DNA of 64,000 bases from Ranitomeya imitator. Lineage: Eukaryota. Each line of letters opens with the position of its first letter. The first letter of the stretch is position 1. Shown in pieces: positions 1-12,490 of this stretch. A model generated the notes under the pieces. That model was given only the letters and a program-made list of their open reading frames with translations, was not told the origin of the DNA and did not search any database. The position numbers and the translations under genes were made by a program. The stretch spans positions 215,388,001 through 215,452,000 of the forward strand of contig NC_091288.1 in the NCBI RefSeq assembly GCF_032444005.1, written 5' to 3'.

Positions 1-292
1 TATTCAGGGGGCACAATGTGGGGCATATTCTATTCAGGGGGCACAATGTGGGGCATATTCTATTCAGGGGGCACAATGTGGGGCATATTCTATTCAGGGG
101 GCACAGTGTGGGGCATATTCTATTCAGGGGGCACAGTGTGGGGCATATTCTATTCAGGGGCACAGTGTGGGGCATATTCTATTCAGGGGCACAGTGTGGG
201 GCATATTCTACTCAGGGGGCACAGTGTGGGGCATATTCTATTCAGGGGGCACAGTGTGGGGCATATTCTATTCAGGAGGACAGTGTGGGGCA
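1..292. repeat. 30-bp minisatellite (tattcagggggcacaatgtggggcatattc)n, truncated by the window edge
   Basis: About 10 near-identical units read directly; explains periodic ORFs 16..354 and 18..425. Confidence 0.95.
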
Positions 293-495
293 TATTCCGA
301 TCCATGCTGATCCATTTCTCTGGGCCCGGTGTCTGGCACAGGGCACAGGGCTAATGTTCAGCTTTTGGGAGTTATGTCGCCTTTATTCTCCAGGTGGGCA
401 TTGGCTCTGCGTTATTAACAATTAGCGGGCGCGCCCAGAATCTTATCCAAACACAGCCGATCCCTTCTTCCCATACACCTGCCCCCTGGGCACTG

Positions 496-526
496 TGCTG
501 AGTCACTGGGGCTGGCTGCAGTATAA
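496..526 (+). promoter_or_regulatory. NMRAL1-A core promoter: ARE/StRE TGCTGAGTCAC (496-506) and TATAA (522-526)
   Basis: Reverse complement GTGACTCAGCA matches the NRF2-sMaf/BACH1 consensus RTGACTCAGCA; TATA box ~60 nt before the ATG at 584. Motif-based only. Confidence 0.65.
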
Positions 527-583
527 GGAGCAGCTCCCTGTAGTGTACACACCACTGCTGACTGGGGAGCTGCACGGATCCTC

Positions 584-3500
584 ATGGCTGCCAGGAAGAT
601 TATCACAGTGTTCGGGGCCACAGGTGAGTGCAGGTCATGGGGCCGCGGGGGCCGCTATCCCTCAGGGACCTCTGTGCCTGTAAATGAACCCTAGGCCAAA
701 GAATAAGGACCTGTGCAGACGCTGCGCCGCGCTGTGCGGTTTACAGGGGATGCAGAAGTTGCAGTTGCACCTGGGCCCTGGTGTCACAGGGCAGCATTAC
801 TATCAATGACATTGGGGTCCGGATAAACCTTTACCCCGAGCTGCGTGTCCGGGTGTGGACATTAGTAAGGAGATGCAAAAGCTGCAGCGGGGTCTCGAAT
901 GCTTTAGCGCTACCTCTACCTCACTTATAGGGAGCTGCATCTTCAAGGGTTAATGCTGCAGGAAACCAGATCTACAGCAAGTTTACATTGGAAATTCTTA
1001 GCGAGATTTGTGGATATAAACACATGAATATCCCGCAGGGCGATCAGTGACATCTTATATCCCGCAGGGTGATCAGTGACATCTTATATCCCGCAGGGCG
1101 ATCAGTGACATCTTATATCCCGCAGGGCGATCAGTGACATCTTATATCCCGCAGGGCGATCAGTGACATCTTATATCCCACCGGGCGATCAGTGACATCT
1201 TATATCCCGCAGGACGATCAGTGACATCTTATATCCCGCAGGGCGATCAGTGACATCTTATATCCCGCAGGGCGATCAGTGACATCTTATATCCCGCAGG
1301 GCGATCAGTGACATCTTATATCCCACCGGGCGATCAGTGACATCTTATATCCCGCAGGGCGATCAGTGACCATCTTATATCCCGCAGGGCGATCAGTGAC
1401 ATCTTATATCCTGCAGGGCGATCAGTGACATCTTATATCCCACAGGGCGATAAGTGACATCTTATATCCCACAGGGCGATAAGTGACATCTTATATCCCG
1501 CAGGGCGATCAGTGACCATCTTATATCCCGCAGGGCGATCAGTGACATCTTATATCCCGCAGGGCGATCAGTGACATCTTATATCCCGCAGGGCGATCAG
1601 TGACCATCTTATATCCCGCCGGGCGATCAGTGACATCTTATATCCTGCAGGGCGATCAGTGACATCTTATATCCCACAGGGCGATAAGTGACATCTTATA
1701 TCCCACAGGGCGATAAGTGACATCTTATATCCCGCAGGGCGATCAGTGACATCTTATATCCCGCAGGGCGATCAGTGACCATCTTATATCCCGCAGGGCG
1801 ATCAGTGACATCTTATATCCCACCGGGGGATCAGTGACATCTTATATCCCGCAGGACGATCAGTGACATCTTATATCCCGCAGGGCGATCAGTGACATCT
1901 TATATCCCACCGGGGGATCAGTGACATCTTATATCCCGCAGGGCGATCAGTGACCATCTTATATCCCGCAGGGCGATCAGTGACATCTTATATCCCACCG
2001 GGGGATCAGTGACATCTTATATCCCGCAGGGCGATCAGTGACATCTTATATCCCACCGGGGGATCAGTGACATCTTATATCCCGCAGGACGATCAGTGAC
2101 ATCTTATATCCCGCAGGACGATCAGTGACATCTTATATCCCGCAGGGCGATCAGTGACCATCTTATATCCCGCCGGGCGATCAGTGACATCTTATATCCC
2201 GCAGGGCGATCAGTGACATCTTATATCCCGCCGGGTGATCAGTGACATCTTATATCCCACCGGGTGATCAGTGACATCTTATATCCTGCAGGGCGATCAT
2301 AGTAACATAGTAACATAGTAACATAGTTAGTAAGGCCGAAAAAAGACATTTGTCCATCCAGTTCAGCCTATATTCCATCATAATAAATCCCCAGATCTAC
2401 GTCCTTCTACAGAACTTAATAATTGTATGATACAATATTGTTCTGCTCCAGGAAGACATCCAGGCCTCTCTTGAACCCCTCGACTGAGTTCGCCATCACC
2501 ACCTCCTCAGGCAAGCAATTCCAGATTCTCACTGCCCTAACAGTAAAGAATCCTCTTCTATGTTGGTGGAAAAACCTTCTCTCCTCCAGACGCAAAGAAT
2601 GCCCCCTTGTGCCCGTCACCTTCCTTGGTATAAACAGATCCTCAGCGAGATATTTGTATTGTCCCCTTATATACTTATACATGGTTATTAGATCGCCCCT
2701 CAGTCGTCTTTTTTCTAGACTAAATAATCCTAATTTCGCTAATCTATCTGGGTATTGTAGTTCTCCCATCCCCTTTATTAATTTTGTTGCCCTCCTTTGT
2801 ACTCTCTCTAGTTCCATTATATCCTTCCTGAGCACCGGTGCCCAAAACTGGACACAGTACTCCATGTGCGGTCTAACTAGGGATTTGTACAGAGGCAGTA
2901 TAATGCTCTCATCATGTGTATCCAGACCTCTTTTAATGCACCCCATGATCCTGTTTGCCTTGGCAGCTGCTGCCTGGCACTGGCTGCTCCAGGTAAGTTT
3001 ATCATTAACTAGGATCCCCAAGTCCTTCTCCCTGTCAGATTTACCCAGTGGTTTCCCGTTCAGTGTGTAATGGTGATATTGATTCCCTCTTCCCATGTGT
3101 ATAACCTTACATTTATCATTGTTAAACCTCATCTGCCACCTTTCAGCCCAAGTTTCCAACTTATCCAGATCCATCTGTAGCAGAATACTATCTTCTCTTG
3201 TATTAACTGCTTTACATAGTTTTGTATCATCAGTGACATCTTATATCCCGCAGGGCGATCAGTGACCATCTTATATCCCGCCGGGTGATCAGTGACATCT
3301 TATATCCCACCGGGTGATCAGTGACATCTTATATCCCACCGGGTGATCAGTGACATCTTATATCCCACCGGGCGATTAGTGATCATCTTATATCCTGCAG
3401 GGCGATCAGTGACATCTTATATCCTGCAGGGCGATCAGTGACATCTTATATCCTGAAGGGCGATCAGTGACATCTTATATCCCGCAGGGCGATCAGTGAC

Positions 3501-6500
3501 ATCTTATATCCCGCAGGGCGATCAGTGACCATCTTATATCCCGCAGGGTGATCAGTGATAATCTTATATCCCGCAGGGCGATCAGTGATCATCTTATATC
3601 CCGCAGGGCGATCAGTGACATCTTATATCCCGCAGGGCGATCAGTGATCATCTTATATCCCCCAGGGCGATCAGTGATATCTTATATCCCGCAGGGCGAT
3701 CAGTGACATCTTATATCCCGCAGGGCGATCAGTGACATCTTATATCCCGCAGGGCGATCAGTGACATCTTATATCCCGCAGGGCGATCAGTGATATCTTA
3801 TATCCCGCAGGGCGATCAGTGACCGTCTTATATCCGGGATCCCGCAGGGCGATCAGTGATAATCTTATATCCCGCAGGGCGATCAGTGACATCTTATATC
3901 CCGCAGGGCGATCAGTGATAATCTTATATCCCGCAGGGCGATCAGTGACATCTTATATCCCACAGGGCGATCAGTGACATCTTATATCCCGCAGGGCGAT
4001 CAGTCACCATCTTATATCCCGCAGGGCGATCAGTGACATCTTATATCCCGCAGGGCGATCAGTCACCATCTTATATCCCGCCGGGCGATCAGTGACATCT
4101 TATATCCCGCCGGGTGATCAGTGACATCTTATATCCCGCAGGGCGATCAGTCACCATCTTATATCCCGCAGGGCGATCAGTGACATCTTATATCCCGCAG
4201 GGCGATCAGTCACCATCTTATATCCCGCAGGGCGATCAGTCACCATCTTATATCCCGCAGGGCGATCAGTCACCATCTTATATCCCGCAGGGCGATCAGT
4301 CACCATCTTATATCCCGCAGGGCGATCAGTCACCATCTTATATCCCGCAGGGCGATCAGTGACATCTTATATCCCGCAGGGCGATCAGTGATCATCTTAT
4401 ATCCCGCAGGGCGATCAGTGACATCTTATATCCCGCAGGGCGATCAGTGACATCTTATATCCCGCAGGGCGATCAGTGACCATCTTATATCCCGCAGGGC
4501 GATCAGTGATATCTTATATCCCGCAGGGCGATCAGTGACATCTTATATCCCGCAGGGCGATCAGTGACATCTTATATCCCGCCGGGCGATAAGTGACATC
4601 TTATATCCCGCAGGGCGATCAGTGACATCTTATATCCCGCAGGGCGATCAGTCACCATCTTATATCCCGCAGGGCGATCAGTCACCATCTTATATCCCGC
4701 AGGGCGATCAGTGACATCTTATATCCCGCAGGGCGATCAGTGATATCTTATATCCCGCAGGGCGATCAGTCACCATCTTATATCCCGCAGGGCGATCAGT
4801 CACCATCTTATATCCCGCAGGGCGATCAGTCACCATCTTATATCCCGCAGGGCGATCAGTGACATCTTATATCCCGCAGGGCGATCAGTGATCATCTTAT
4901 ATCCCGCCGGGCGATCAGTGATCATCTTATATCCCGTCTGGCGATCAGTGACATCTTATATCCCGCAGGGCGATCAGTGACATCTTATATCCCGCAGGGC
5001 GATCAGTGACATCTTATATCCCGCCGGGTGATCAGTGACATCTTATATCCCGCAGGGCGATCAGTGACATCTTATATCCCGCAGGGCGATCAGTGATCAT
5101 CTTATATCCCGCAGGGTGATCAGTGACATCTTATATCCCGCCGGGCGATCAGTGACATCTTATATCCCGCAGGGCGATCAGTGACATCTTATATCCCGCA
5201 GGGCGATCAGTGACATCTTATATCCCGCAGGGCGATCAGTCACCATCTTATATCCCGCAGGGCGATCAGTCACCATCTTATATCCCGCAGGGCGATCAGT
5301 GACATCTTATATCCCGCAGGGCGATCAGTGACATCTTATATCCCGCAGGGCGATCAGTGACCATCTTATATCCCGCAGGGCGATCAGTGACTGTCTTATA
5401 TCCCGCCGGGCGACCACTGACCATCTTGCACCTCTCAGGATGATCCCTCATCATCTTACATCTTGGAGATCAGTGACGCTGACCCATTACCCATAAAAGC
5501 GCCTGGAGCTTCAGGAGCACAAGGCAAGATTTGGGACCATCATCTAGAATACTGCGCCCTCCTTCCCAGGGCCTGGGGGCGGCTGCCACCTCCTATAGTT
5601 GTGCCTCTGCCAGTATCAGACGCTCGGTGCAGGGATGGGCAGAGCGTTCTGTAATTTTTGCCCAGGGCCATGACAAGGATTTCTGAAGACAAGCGTCGCT
5701 GGGATCACCTTCCCTATTGTAAAACGAACTGGTTCTACTGGTCCGTATATTTAGTGGGGTCAATGATGATTGGGGGCACTTGTATACATTGTGGTTAGTG
5801 TTGGCCTGCGAGATCGGTCACTTATGCTGGTGTTTCACTTTTTAGGCTCCTATATACTATGTTATATGAAGAGTTGTCAGTTGCCAATCCAACCGAACAT
5901 CTACCTGTCGCTTGCCATAAGCATGTAATGTTTCTACCCGGTGTAAATGCCGCTGTTCTCCTGAATCCGCCGATATTTTTCTTTTCCTCCTGAGTCTTCA
6001 TTCCTGAGATATGGCCCCTCTTGTCCCTGTATATAAATATTGTCGTGTTATACAAGAAGGTGTGGTCTCACTGAAGACCATGCCCACTTGGCTGAAAAGA
6101 CTAGATTTACTTGCAGGGAAGATCGGGGTCATATCTCAGGAACGGAGAGGTTCAGGAGCAAAAGAAAAACATTGGTGGATTCAGGAGAACAGCGGCATTT
6201 ACATCAGATATAAACATTACATGCTTATGGCAAGCGACAGGACTTCCAGGACGTATCTGCAGACCAGTTGCTGACCGGTGGAGCGAGGTGAGGGAAAACC
6301 AACTTACTCAAGGTTAAAACGAGTGAAACATTCACAAAGATGGAATCTGAAGCAGAGTCAGGGAGAGCGAGGGCCGCGCTTGGCTAGTCAGAGTTCACAA
6401 GGAGAATAAAAAAGTTCTTAAAGGGGTTTTACAGGCCCCTAAAAATTATTATAGGATACCCTGATCCTCTAGCAGTTGATCCATCCTAGTTTTGGCAGCT

Positions 6501-8020
6501 TGAATTGTGACTAGATCTGTGTGTCGAGGGGGCTGGCTGGCGGCCCACTTTAATAGTTAAGCCAGTCCCCAGTCAATATATTAAGGGGGCTGGCTTAGCT
6601 ATTAAAATGAGCCACCAGCCAGCCCCCTCCACACACAGATCTGATCCCGTGCTGACACAAGAAACGTGGTCTAACGGCCAGGACCCAATATCAGCTAGAA
6701 AACGCTATTATTTAGTCCTACATGCCGTAAATTTGTGTTTGTTTTTTTTCAGGGGCTCAGGGGGGTTCGGTCGCCAGTGCCCTCTTAAAGGACCACAACT
6801 TTGCGGTCAGGGCAGTAACTCGTGACACCAGCAAGCCGGCGGCTGTGAAGCTAAAGGAGGCCGGAGCGGAGGTCGTTTCCGCGGATCTGGAAAATGAGAA
6901 AAGTCTAGAGGCCGCACTGAGCGGGGCGTATGGGGCGTTCGTGGTCACCAACTTCTGGGATCACTTTAGTAAGGAAAAGGAGGTCAAACAGGTAAGATCA
7001 GTAGTCAGAAGTAGAAAAAGTGTGAAAAAAATGTTTAAAAATGCAATACCGACAGTGACCACAAGGGGCAAACAGGGGATTGCGTGTAATTTGTGCACTA
7101 TGGAGGGCAGGGATCGGTGATACCGCGTGTTGTACTTTTGGTACTGGCCCGTGGTGGGAAGGTTGAGTTATATTCTTGTATTCCAGGGTAAAGTCATCGC
7201 AGACTTGTGCAAACGCCTGGGCCTGCAGCACGTGGTCTACAGCGGACTGGAGAACGTCAACAAGTTGACGGGAGGGAAGCTGGACGTGCTGCATTTTGAC
7301 GGTAAAGGAGAAGTGGAGGAGTATTTCCGAACGATCTCCTGCTCCATGACCAGCGTCAGACTCGCCTTCTACTTCGAGAACTTTTTATCTGACTGCAAAC
7401 CCCAAAAATCTAAGGACGGCACCAGCTACGACCTGGGTGAGACTTCAGCCAATCAGAGCTCAGCCTTCTTGTCATTGGCTGATTTTTACCTCCAAGGTTC
7501 CTCGTAATTTTGTTTTGTGGGTTTTTATTTATTTATTTTTTACAGTTATTCCCATGTGTGACGTCGGCATGGATGGGATCTCTGTGTCGGATCTGGGCCC
7601 AGCAGTTGTCAGCATCTTGAAAAGTCCCAAGGACTATATAGGGAAGGACATCGGACTGAGTGCCGAAAAACTGACGGTGGCGCAATACGCCCAGATCATG
7701 TCCAAGGTCTCCGGCAAGACCATCAAAGACGCCAAGGTCTGGGACGGTGGTGAAAACCTGTAACAAGGCAGAAGACTCCTCAAGACTTTAGGAAAGGTTC
7801 CTTAATATTATTTTGTCCCTTTTTATTTTTCTCACAGATCCCCCCTGAGGTTTACGAAAAGCTGCCCTTCCCAGGGGCTCAGGAAATGGCCAACATGTTC
7901 AAGTTTTACCTGATGAACCCTGACAGGAACGTGGCGCTCACCCATAAACTGAACCCAGACACCAAGAGATTCCAGCCGTGGTTGGAGGAGAAGAAGGAGG
8001 CCTTCAACAAAGCCTTGTGA
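584..8020 (+). CDS. NMRAL1: NmrA-like family domain-containing protein 1 (HSCARG), copy A, 300 aa; exons 584-623, 6753-6991, 7187-7436, 7546-7736, 7838-8020
   Basis: GT-AG exons of 40/239/250/191/183 nt join in frame with no stops: MAARKIITVFGATGAQGGSVA...VTR...TNFW...YSGLENV...[12 protein letters not shown]...PEVYEKLPFPGAQEMANMFKFY...; Rossmann GxTGxxG and HxxxK motifs, collinear with human NMRAL1 as recalled. Confidence 0.96.
1027..5420. repeat. 29/30-bp minisatellite (cccgcagggcgatcagtgacatcttatat)n in NMRAL1-A intron 1, interrupted by a CR1
   Basis: 29-bp period read directly (atcttatatc at 1081 and 1110); 30-bp variants gtgaccatc/gtcaccatc. Confidence 0.97.
2299..3233 (-). mobile_element. 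5'-truncated CR1 LINE (RT C-terminal part and 3' tail)
   Basis: ORF 2416..3174 (WAERWQMRFNNDKCKVIHMG, LEYCVQFWAP, LERVQRRATK, TRGHSLRL, FFTVRAVRIWN) preceded in frame by DDTKLC; 8-bp tail repeat (catagtaa)x3 at ~2298-2326. Confidence 0.93.
5830..6335. mobile_element. Fold-back/MITE-like element with long inverted arms (~5905-6020 vs ~6125-6241)
   Basis: cctgtcgcttgccataagcatgtaatgttt...ctgagatatggccc has its reverse complement downstream; both strands translate to KNIGGFRRTAAFT in the ORF track. Confidence 0.55.
6417..6642. mobile_element. Probable TTAA-AGG (Kolobok/T2-type) MITE remnant with an internal 130-bp imperfect hairpin (6513-6642)
   Basis: ttaaaggggtt start; agatctgtgtgt...ggggctggctgg and ccagccagcccc...acacacagatct are inverted arms; far terminus not found. 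Confidence 0.4.
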
Positions 8021-8054
8021 AGGGGGGAGATAGGAATGTGGGTTTTTTTTTGCA

Positions 8055-8071
8055 ATTAAAACGTTATTAAA
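8055..8071 (+). terminator. Candidate polyadenylation signals of NMRAL1-A (ATTAAA at 8055-8060 and 8066-8071)
   Basis: Variant hexamers 35-50 nt after the stop codon. Confidence 0.55.
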
Positions 8072-8394
8072 AAAATCCTTGTGAATTCTTTACTGTCTCC
8101 CACCGGCAGAAGTCACCCAACCTGCTAATCCTCACGCAAGGAGGGTCGGACCTGGACATCTGACCGGTGTGTGCCGGGCGCTGCTGCATGGCATGTGAGG
8201 CTCACCTGGAGCACTAATGCCCGGCACACAGGACAGTATAAGCCCCCAGTCAGCAAAAGCCCCCAATATCGAGGAGATCCGCCACCAGTCTAATGTGTCC
8301 GGAAGTCTCCGGATGATTTTGGGAGAGAGAAGAATCTGGACAGATGAATGTCAGCGGCTGATCCTTTCCTTTGGTTCTCCCTGGAAATAAGCAT

Positions 8395-11010
8395 CTACTG
8401 GAGGGGATGTAGGAGCCATCTGGAGGGGAACAGAGGAGTCTGGAGGGGTCTGGGGGGGAACAGATTAGTCTGCGGAGAACAGAGGAGTCTGGAGGGGAAC
8501 AGAGGAGTCTGGAGGGGAACAGAGGAGACTGGGGGGAAACAAAGGAGTCTGGAGGGGATATAGGAATCATCCAGAGAGGACAGAGGGGTCTGGAGGGGAA
8601 CAGAGGAGTCTGGAGAGGATGTAGGAGTCATCTGGACGGGAACAGAGGACTCTGGGGGGAGCAGAGGAGTTTGGGGGGAACGGAGGAGTCTGGAGGGGAA
8701 CAGACCAGTCTGGAGGGGAACAGAGGAGTCTGGAGGAGTCTGGGGGGGGACAGATGGTCTGGAGGGGAACAAAGGGGTCTGGGGGGTGGAATAGAGGAGT
8801 CTGAGGTGAACAAAGGAGTCGGGGGGAACAGAGGAGTCTGGAGGGGAACAGAGGAGTCTGGAGGGGATGTAGGAGTCATCTGGAGGGGAACAGAGGAGTC
8901 TGGGGGGGAACAGATGAGTCTGCGGAAAACAGAGGAGTCTGGAGGGGAACAGAGGAGTCTGGAGGGGAACAGAGGAGACTGGGGGGAAACAAAGGAGTCT
9001 GGAGGGGATATAGGAATCTTCCAGAGAGGACAGAGGGGTCTGGAGGGGAACAGAGGAGTCTGGAGAGGATGTAGGAGTCATCTGGACGGGAACAGAGGAG
9101 TCTGGGGGGAGCAGAGGAGTTTGGGGGGAACGGAGGAGTCTGGAGGGGAACAGAGAAGTTTGGAGGGGAACAGACCAGTCTGGAGGGGAACAGAGGAGTC
9201 TGGAGGAGTCTGGGGGGGGGGGGACAGATGGTCTGGAGGGGAACAAAGGGGTCTGGGGGGTGGAACAGAGGAGTCTGAGGTGAACAAAGGAGTCGGGGGG
9301 AACAGAGGAGTCTGGAGGGGAACAGAGGAGTCTGGAGGGGATGTAGGAGTCATCTGGAGGGGAACAGAGGGTTCTGGAGGGGAACAGAGGAGTCTGGTGG
9401 GGAACAGAGGGGTCTGGGGGGAACAGAGGAGTCTGGAGGGGATATAGGAATCTTCTAGAGAGGACAAAGGAGTCTGGGGGAACAGAGGAGTTTGGGGGGA
9501 ACGGAGGAGTCTGGAGGGGAACAGGAGTCTGGAGGGGAACAGAGGAGACTGGGGGGAAACAAAGGAGTCTGGAGGGGATATAGGAATCTTCCAGAGAGGA
9601 CAGAGGGGTCTGGAGGGGAACAGAGGAGTCTGGAGAGGATGTAGGAGTCATCTGGACGGGAACAGAGGAGTCTGGGGGGAGCAGAGGAGTTTGGGGGGAA
9701 CGGAGGAGTCTGGAGGGGAACAGAGAAGTTTGGAGGGGAACAGACCAGTCTGGAGGGGAACAGAGGAGTCTGGAGGAGTCTGGGGGGGGGGGACAGATGG
9801 TCTGGAGGGGAACAAAGGGGTCTGGGGGGTGGAACAGAGGAGTCTGAGGTGAACAAAGGAGTCGGGGGGAACAGAGGAGTCTGGAGGGGAACAGAGGAGT
9901 CTGGAGGGGATGTAGGAGTCATCTGGAGGGGAACAGAGGGTTCTGGAGGGGAACAGAGGAGTCTGGTGGGGAACAGAGGGGTCTGGGGGGAACAGAGGAG
10001 TCTGGAGGGGATATAGGAATCTTCTAGAGAGGACAGAGGAGTCTGGGGGAACAGAGGAGTTTGGGGGGAACGGAGGAGTCTGGAGGGGAACAGGAGTTTG
10101 GAGGGGAACATACAAGTCTGGAGGGGAACAGAGGGGACTGGGGGGGAACAGATGGTATGGAGGGGAACAAAGGAGTCGGGGGGGGGGACAGAGGAGTCTG
10201 GGGGGAACAAAGGAGTCTGGGGGAACAGAGGAGTCTAGAGGGGAACAGAGGAGTCTGGAGGAGACTGGAGGGGAACAGAGGAGTCTGGAGGGGATATAGG
10301 AATCTTCCAGATGGGTCTGGAGGGGGACACAGGAGTCTAGAGGGGAACAGAGGAGTCTGGGGGGAACAGATGAGTTTGGAAGGGGGGGGGCAGAGGAGTC
10401 TGGAGGGGAACAGACCAGTCTGGAGGGGAACAGATGAGTTTTGGGGGGGGGGGGCAGAGGAGTCTGGAGGGGAACAGACTAGTCTGGAGGGGAACAGAGG
10501 AGTCTGCGGAGGAAAAGAGGAGTCTGGAGGGGAACAGAGGAGTCTGGATGAGACAGGAATCTTCTAGAGAGGACAGGAGTCTGGAGGGGAACAGAGGAGT
10601 CTGGTGGGAACAGAGGAGACTGGGGAGGAACAGAAGAGTCTGGAGGGGATATAGGAATCTTCTAGAGAGGACAGAGGAGTCTGGAGGGGAACAGAGGAGT
10701 CTTGGTGGGAACAGAGGAGTCGAGGGGAACAGAGGAGTCTGGGTGGAAACAGAGGAGTTTGAAGGGGACAGAGGAGACTGGGGAGGAACAGAGGTGTTTG
10801 CAGGGGACATAGGAATCTACTAGAGATGACAGAAGAGTCTGGAGGGGAACAGAGGAGTCTGGAGGGGACAGAGGAGTCTGGGGATGAACAGAGGTGTCTG
10901 GAGGGGATATAGTAATCTTCTAGAGAGGACAGAGGAGTCTGTTGAGTCTTGAAGGGGACAAATGACTGGAGGGGAACAGAGGGGGTCTAGAGGGCATATA
11001 GGAATCTTTT
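8395..11010. repeat. G/A-rich ~20-bp minisatellite (ctggaggggaacagaggagt)n with higher-order blocks
   Basis: Unit read directly; landmark ggaatc(a/t)tccagagaggacagagggg recurs at ~8562, ~9012 and ~9586. Confidence 0.92.
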
Positions 11011-12328
11011 AGATGAAACAGAGGGGTCTTCTGGAGAGGGATGGACTCTGAAGAGGACAGAGGTGTCTTCTTGAGAAGACAAAGGGGTCTGGAACGGAAA
11101 GCAGTCTGGAGAGGACAGATGAGTATGGGGAGGACAGTGAAGTTTTGGAAAGGAGTCTGGAGGGACAGAGGGGTCTCAGGAGAACAAAGGAATTTGGGAG
11201 AGCACAGTGGAGTCCTGGGGGACAGGAGTTAGGAGGGTACAAAAGCATCAAGAGGGGAGAGGGGATAGAGGAGTTTTGACAGTGACTATCTGATAGAAAA
11301 CACTGGAACACTCGGTCAATTTGCACGTTCCTGTTTATGGAGGTGATGGCTCAGTCTTTTCGGGTGGGTCCAGATTTGGGGGAGTTTCTCGGACACACAA
11401 TTTTAAGTGCTGGCAGACTCCATAATTATGTTTCACCCTAAAATGTAAAACCATATATTCACAACTTTAAAGGACAGGAATCAATGTTTCTCAATTGCAT
11501 AGGTTTCATGGTCAAGCCCCCTTTTCCGGGAAACATCTCCTCTGTGCCAATAACATGCCCCCTCCACAACCCGTTACCAATGTCCTGAAGGTCCACGGTG
11601 GAGATCCTCAACATCAGGCTAGAAAACTAACCGGAGCTCAGCTTTCTAGAGAAGTTCAGCAGCGCTTGGAGCATTTGCCATCTCTACCTGGAGATGGGGA
11701 GGTTTTGTCATTGGCTCTAGGGCAGCGCTCCGCTCCCTTCCTTTATGACAGCTGCCCTTTGCTGTACTCCACCTTGGGTTTCACTAGTTGCCTGGAAAAC
11801 CACAACGATGTAATTACCCAAGGCCTATTAATGCTGACGTAGACACTCATGTGTCGGGAGTATTTAGTAAGCTTTGTGTTTAGTTATTCCTTACCATGTT
11901 TCCTGCCAACCTGTACCACCAGTCAGTTGGAACTCCGAGGACTTAGCCCAATGACCTGGTGGTAGACCACATTCCTGCGAGGTCCTCTGAAACCTGATAG
12001 AGTAGGTAGCGCACAGCGTGTCCATGATTGACCACCTTTTTAGAGCTACCAGGTGACCACTAATAGTGGCCTCGTAACAGCTGTGATTTTTGGTCTATCA
12101 CACATCTTCAGTTTCTGTGCTTGTCTACACACATGGCTCTGGGTCTCCTGGTGTCCTGTTCCGCTTCCTGTCTGTGGTCCAGCTTACTTCATTGTCCTGG
12201 TCTTCACTAGTCCATGTGTCATCCGGGAAGTCCAGGCCGCTGTGCCATCATCTTTGACCCAGATGGTCACCCTGACCTTCGGCTTAGTGAATCCACCTCA
12301 CGACATGAGCCCTGCTAGGTGCGCCCTA

Positions 12329-12490
12329 TTTATTATTATTATTTATTGTTATAGCGCCATTTATTCCATGGCGCTTTACATGTGAGGAGGGGTATACATA
12401 ATAAAAACAAGTACAATAATCTTGAACAATACAAGTCACAACTGGTACAGGAGGAGAGAGGACCCTGCCCGCGAAGGCTCACAATCTACA
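12329..12490 (-). mobile_element. Short L2-family 3' end fragment (or L2-tailed SINE)
   Basis: ttattattatt...tatagcgccatttattccatggcgctttacatgtga...gagaggaccctgcccgcga is near-identical to the 3' end of the L2 at 42048-42205. Confidence 0.7.

Noticed and set aside
16-425. Periodic ORFs (MWGIFYSGGT / GHILFRGH repeats)
   Set aside because: Translation of the 30-bp minisatellite.
2423-3070. 215-aa + strand ORF
   Set aside because: Antisense shadow of the CR1 RT frame.
1027-5420. Regular short repeats resembling a CRISPR array
   Set aside because: Units are contiguous with no unique spacers, no cas genes, eukaryotic intron context; the same applies to all other arrays.
8250-10823. Long Pro/Ser-rich and Gly/Glu-rich ORFs up to 418 aa
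   Set aside because: Products of the 20-bp G/A repeat; no splice or domain support.
11495-12385. ORFs of 110-115 aa between the NMRAL1 copies
   Set aside because: No recognisable motif or exon structure.
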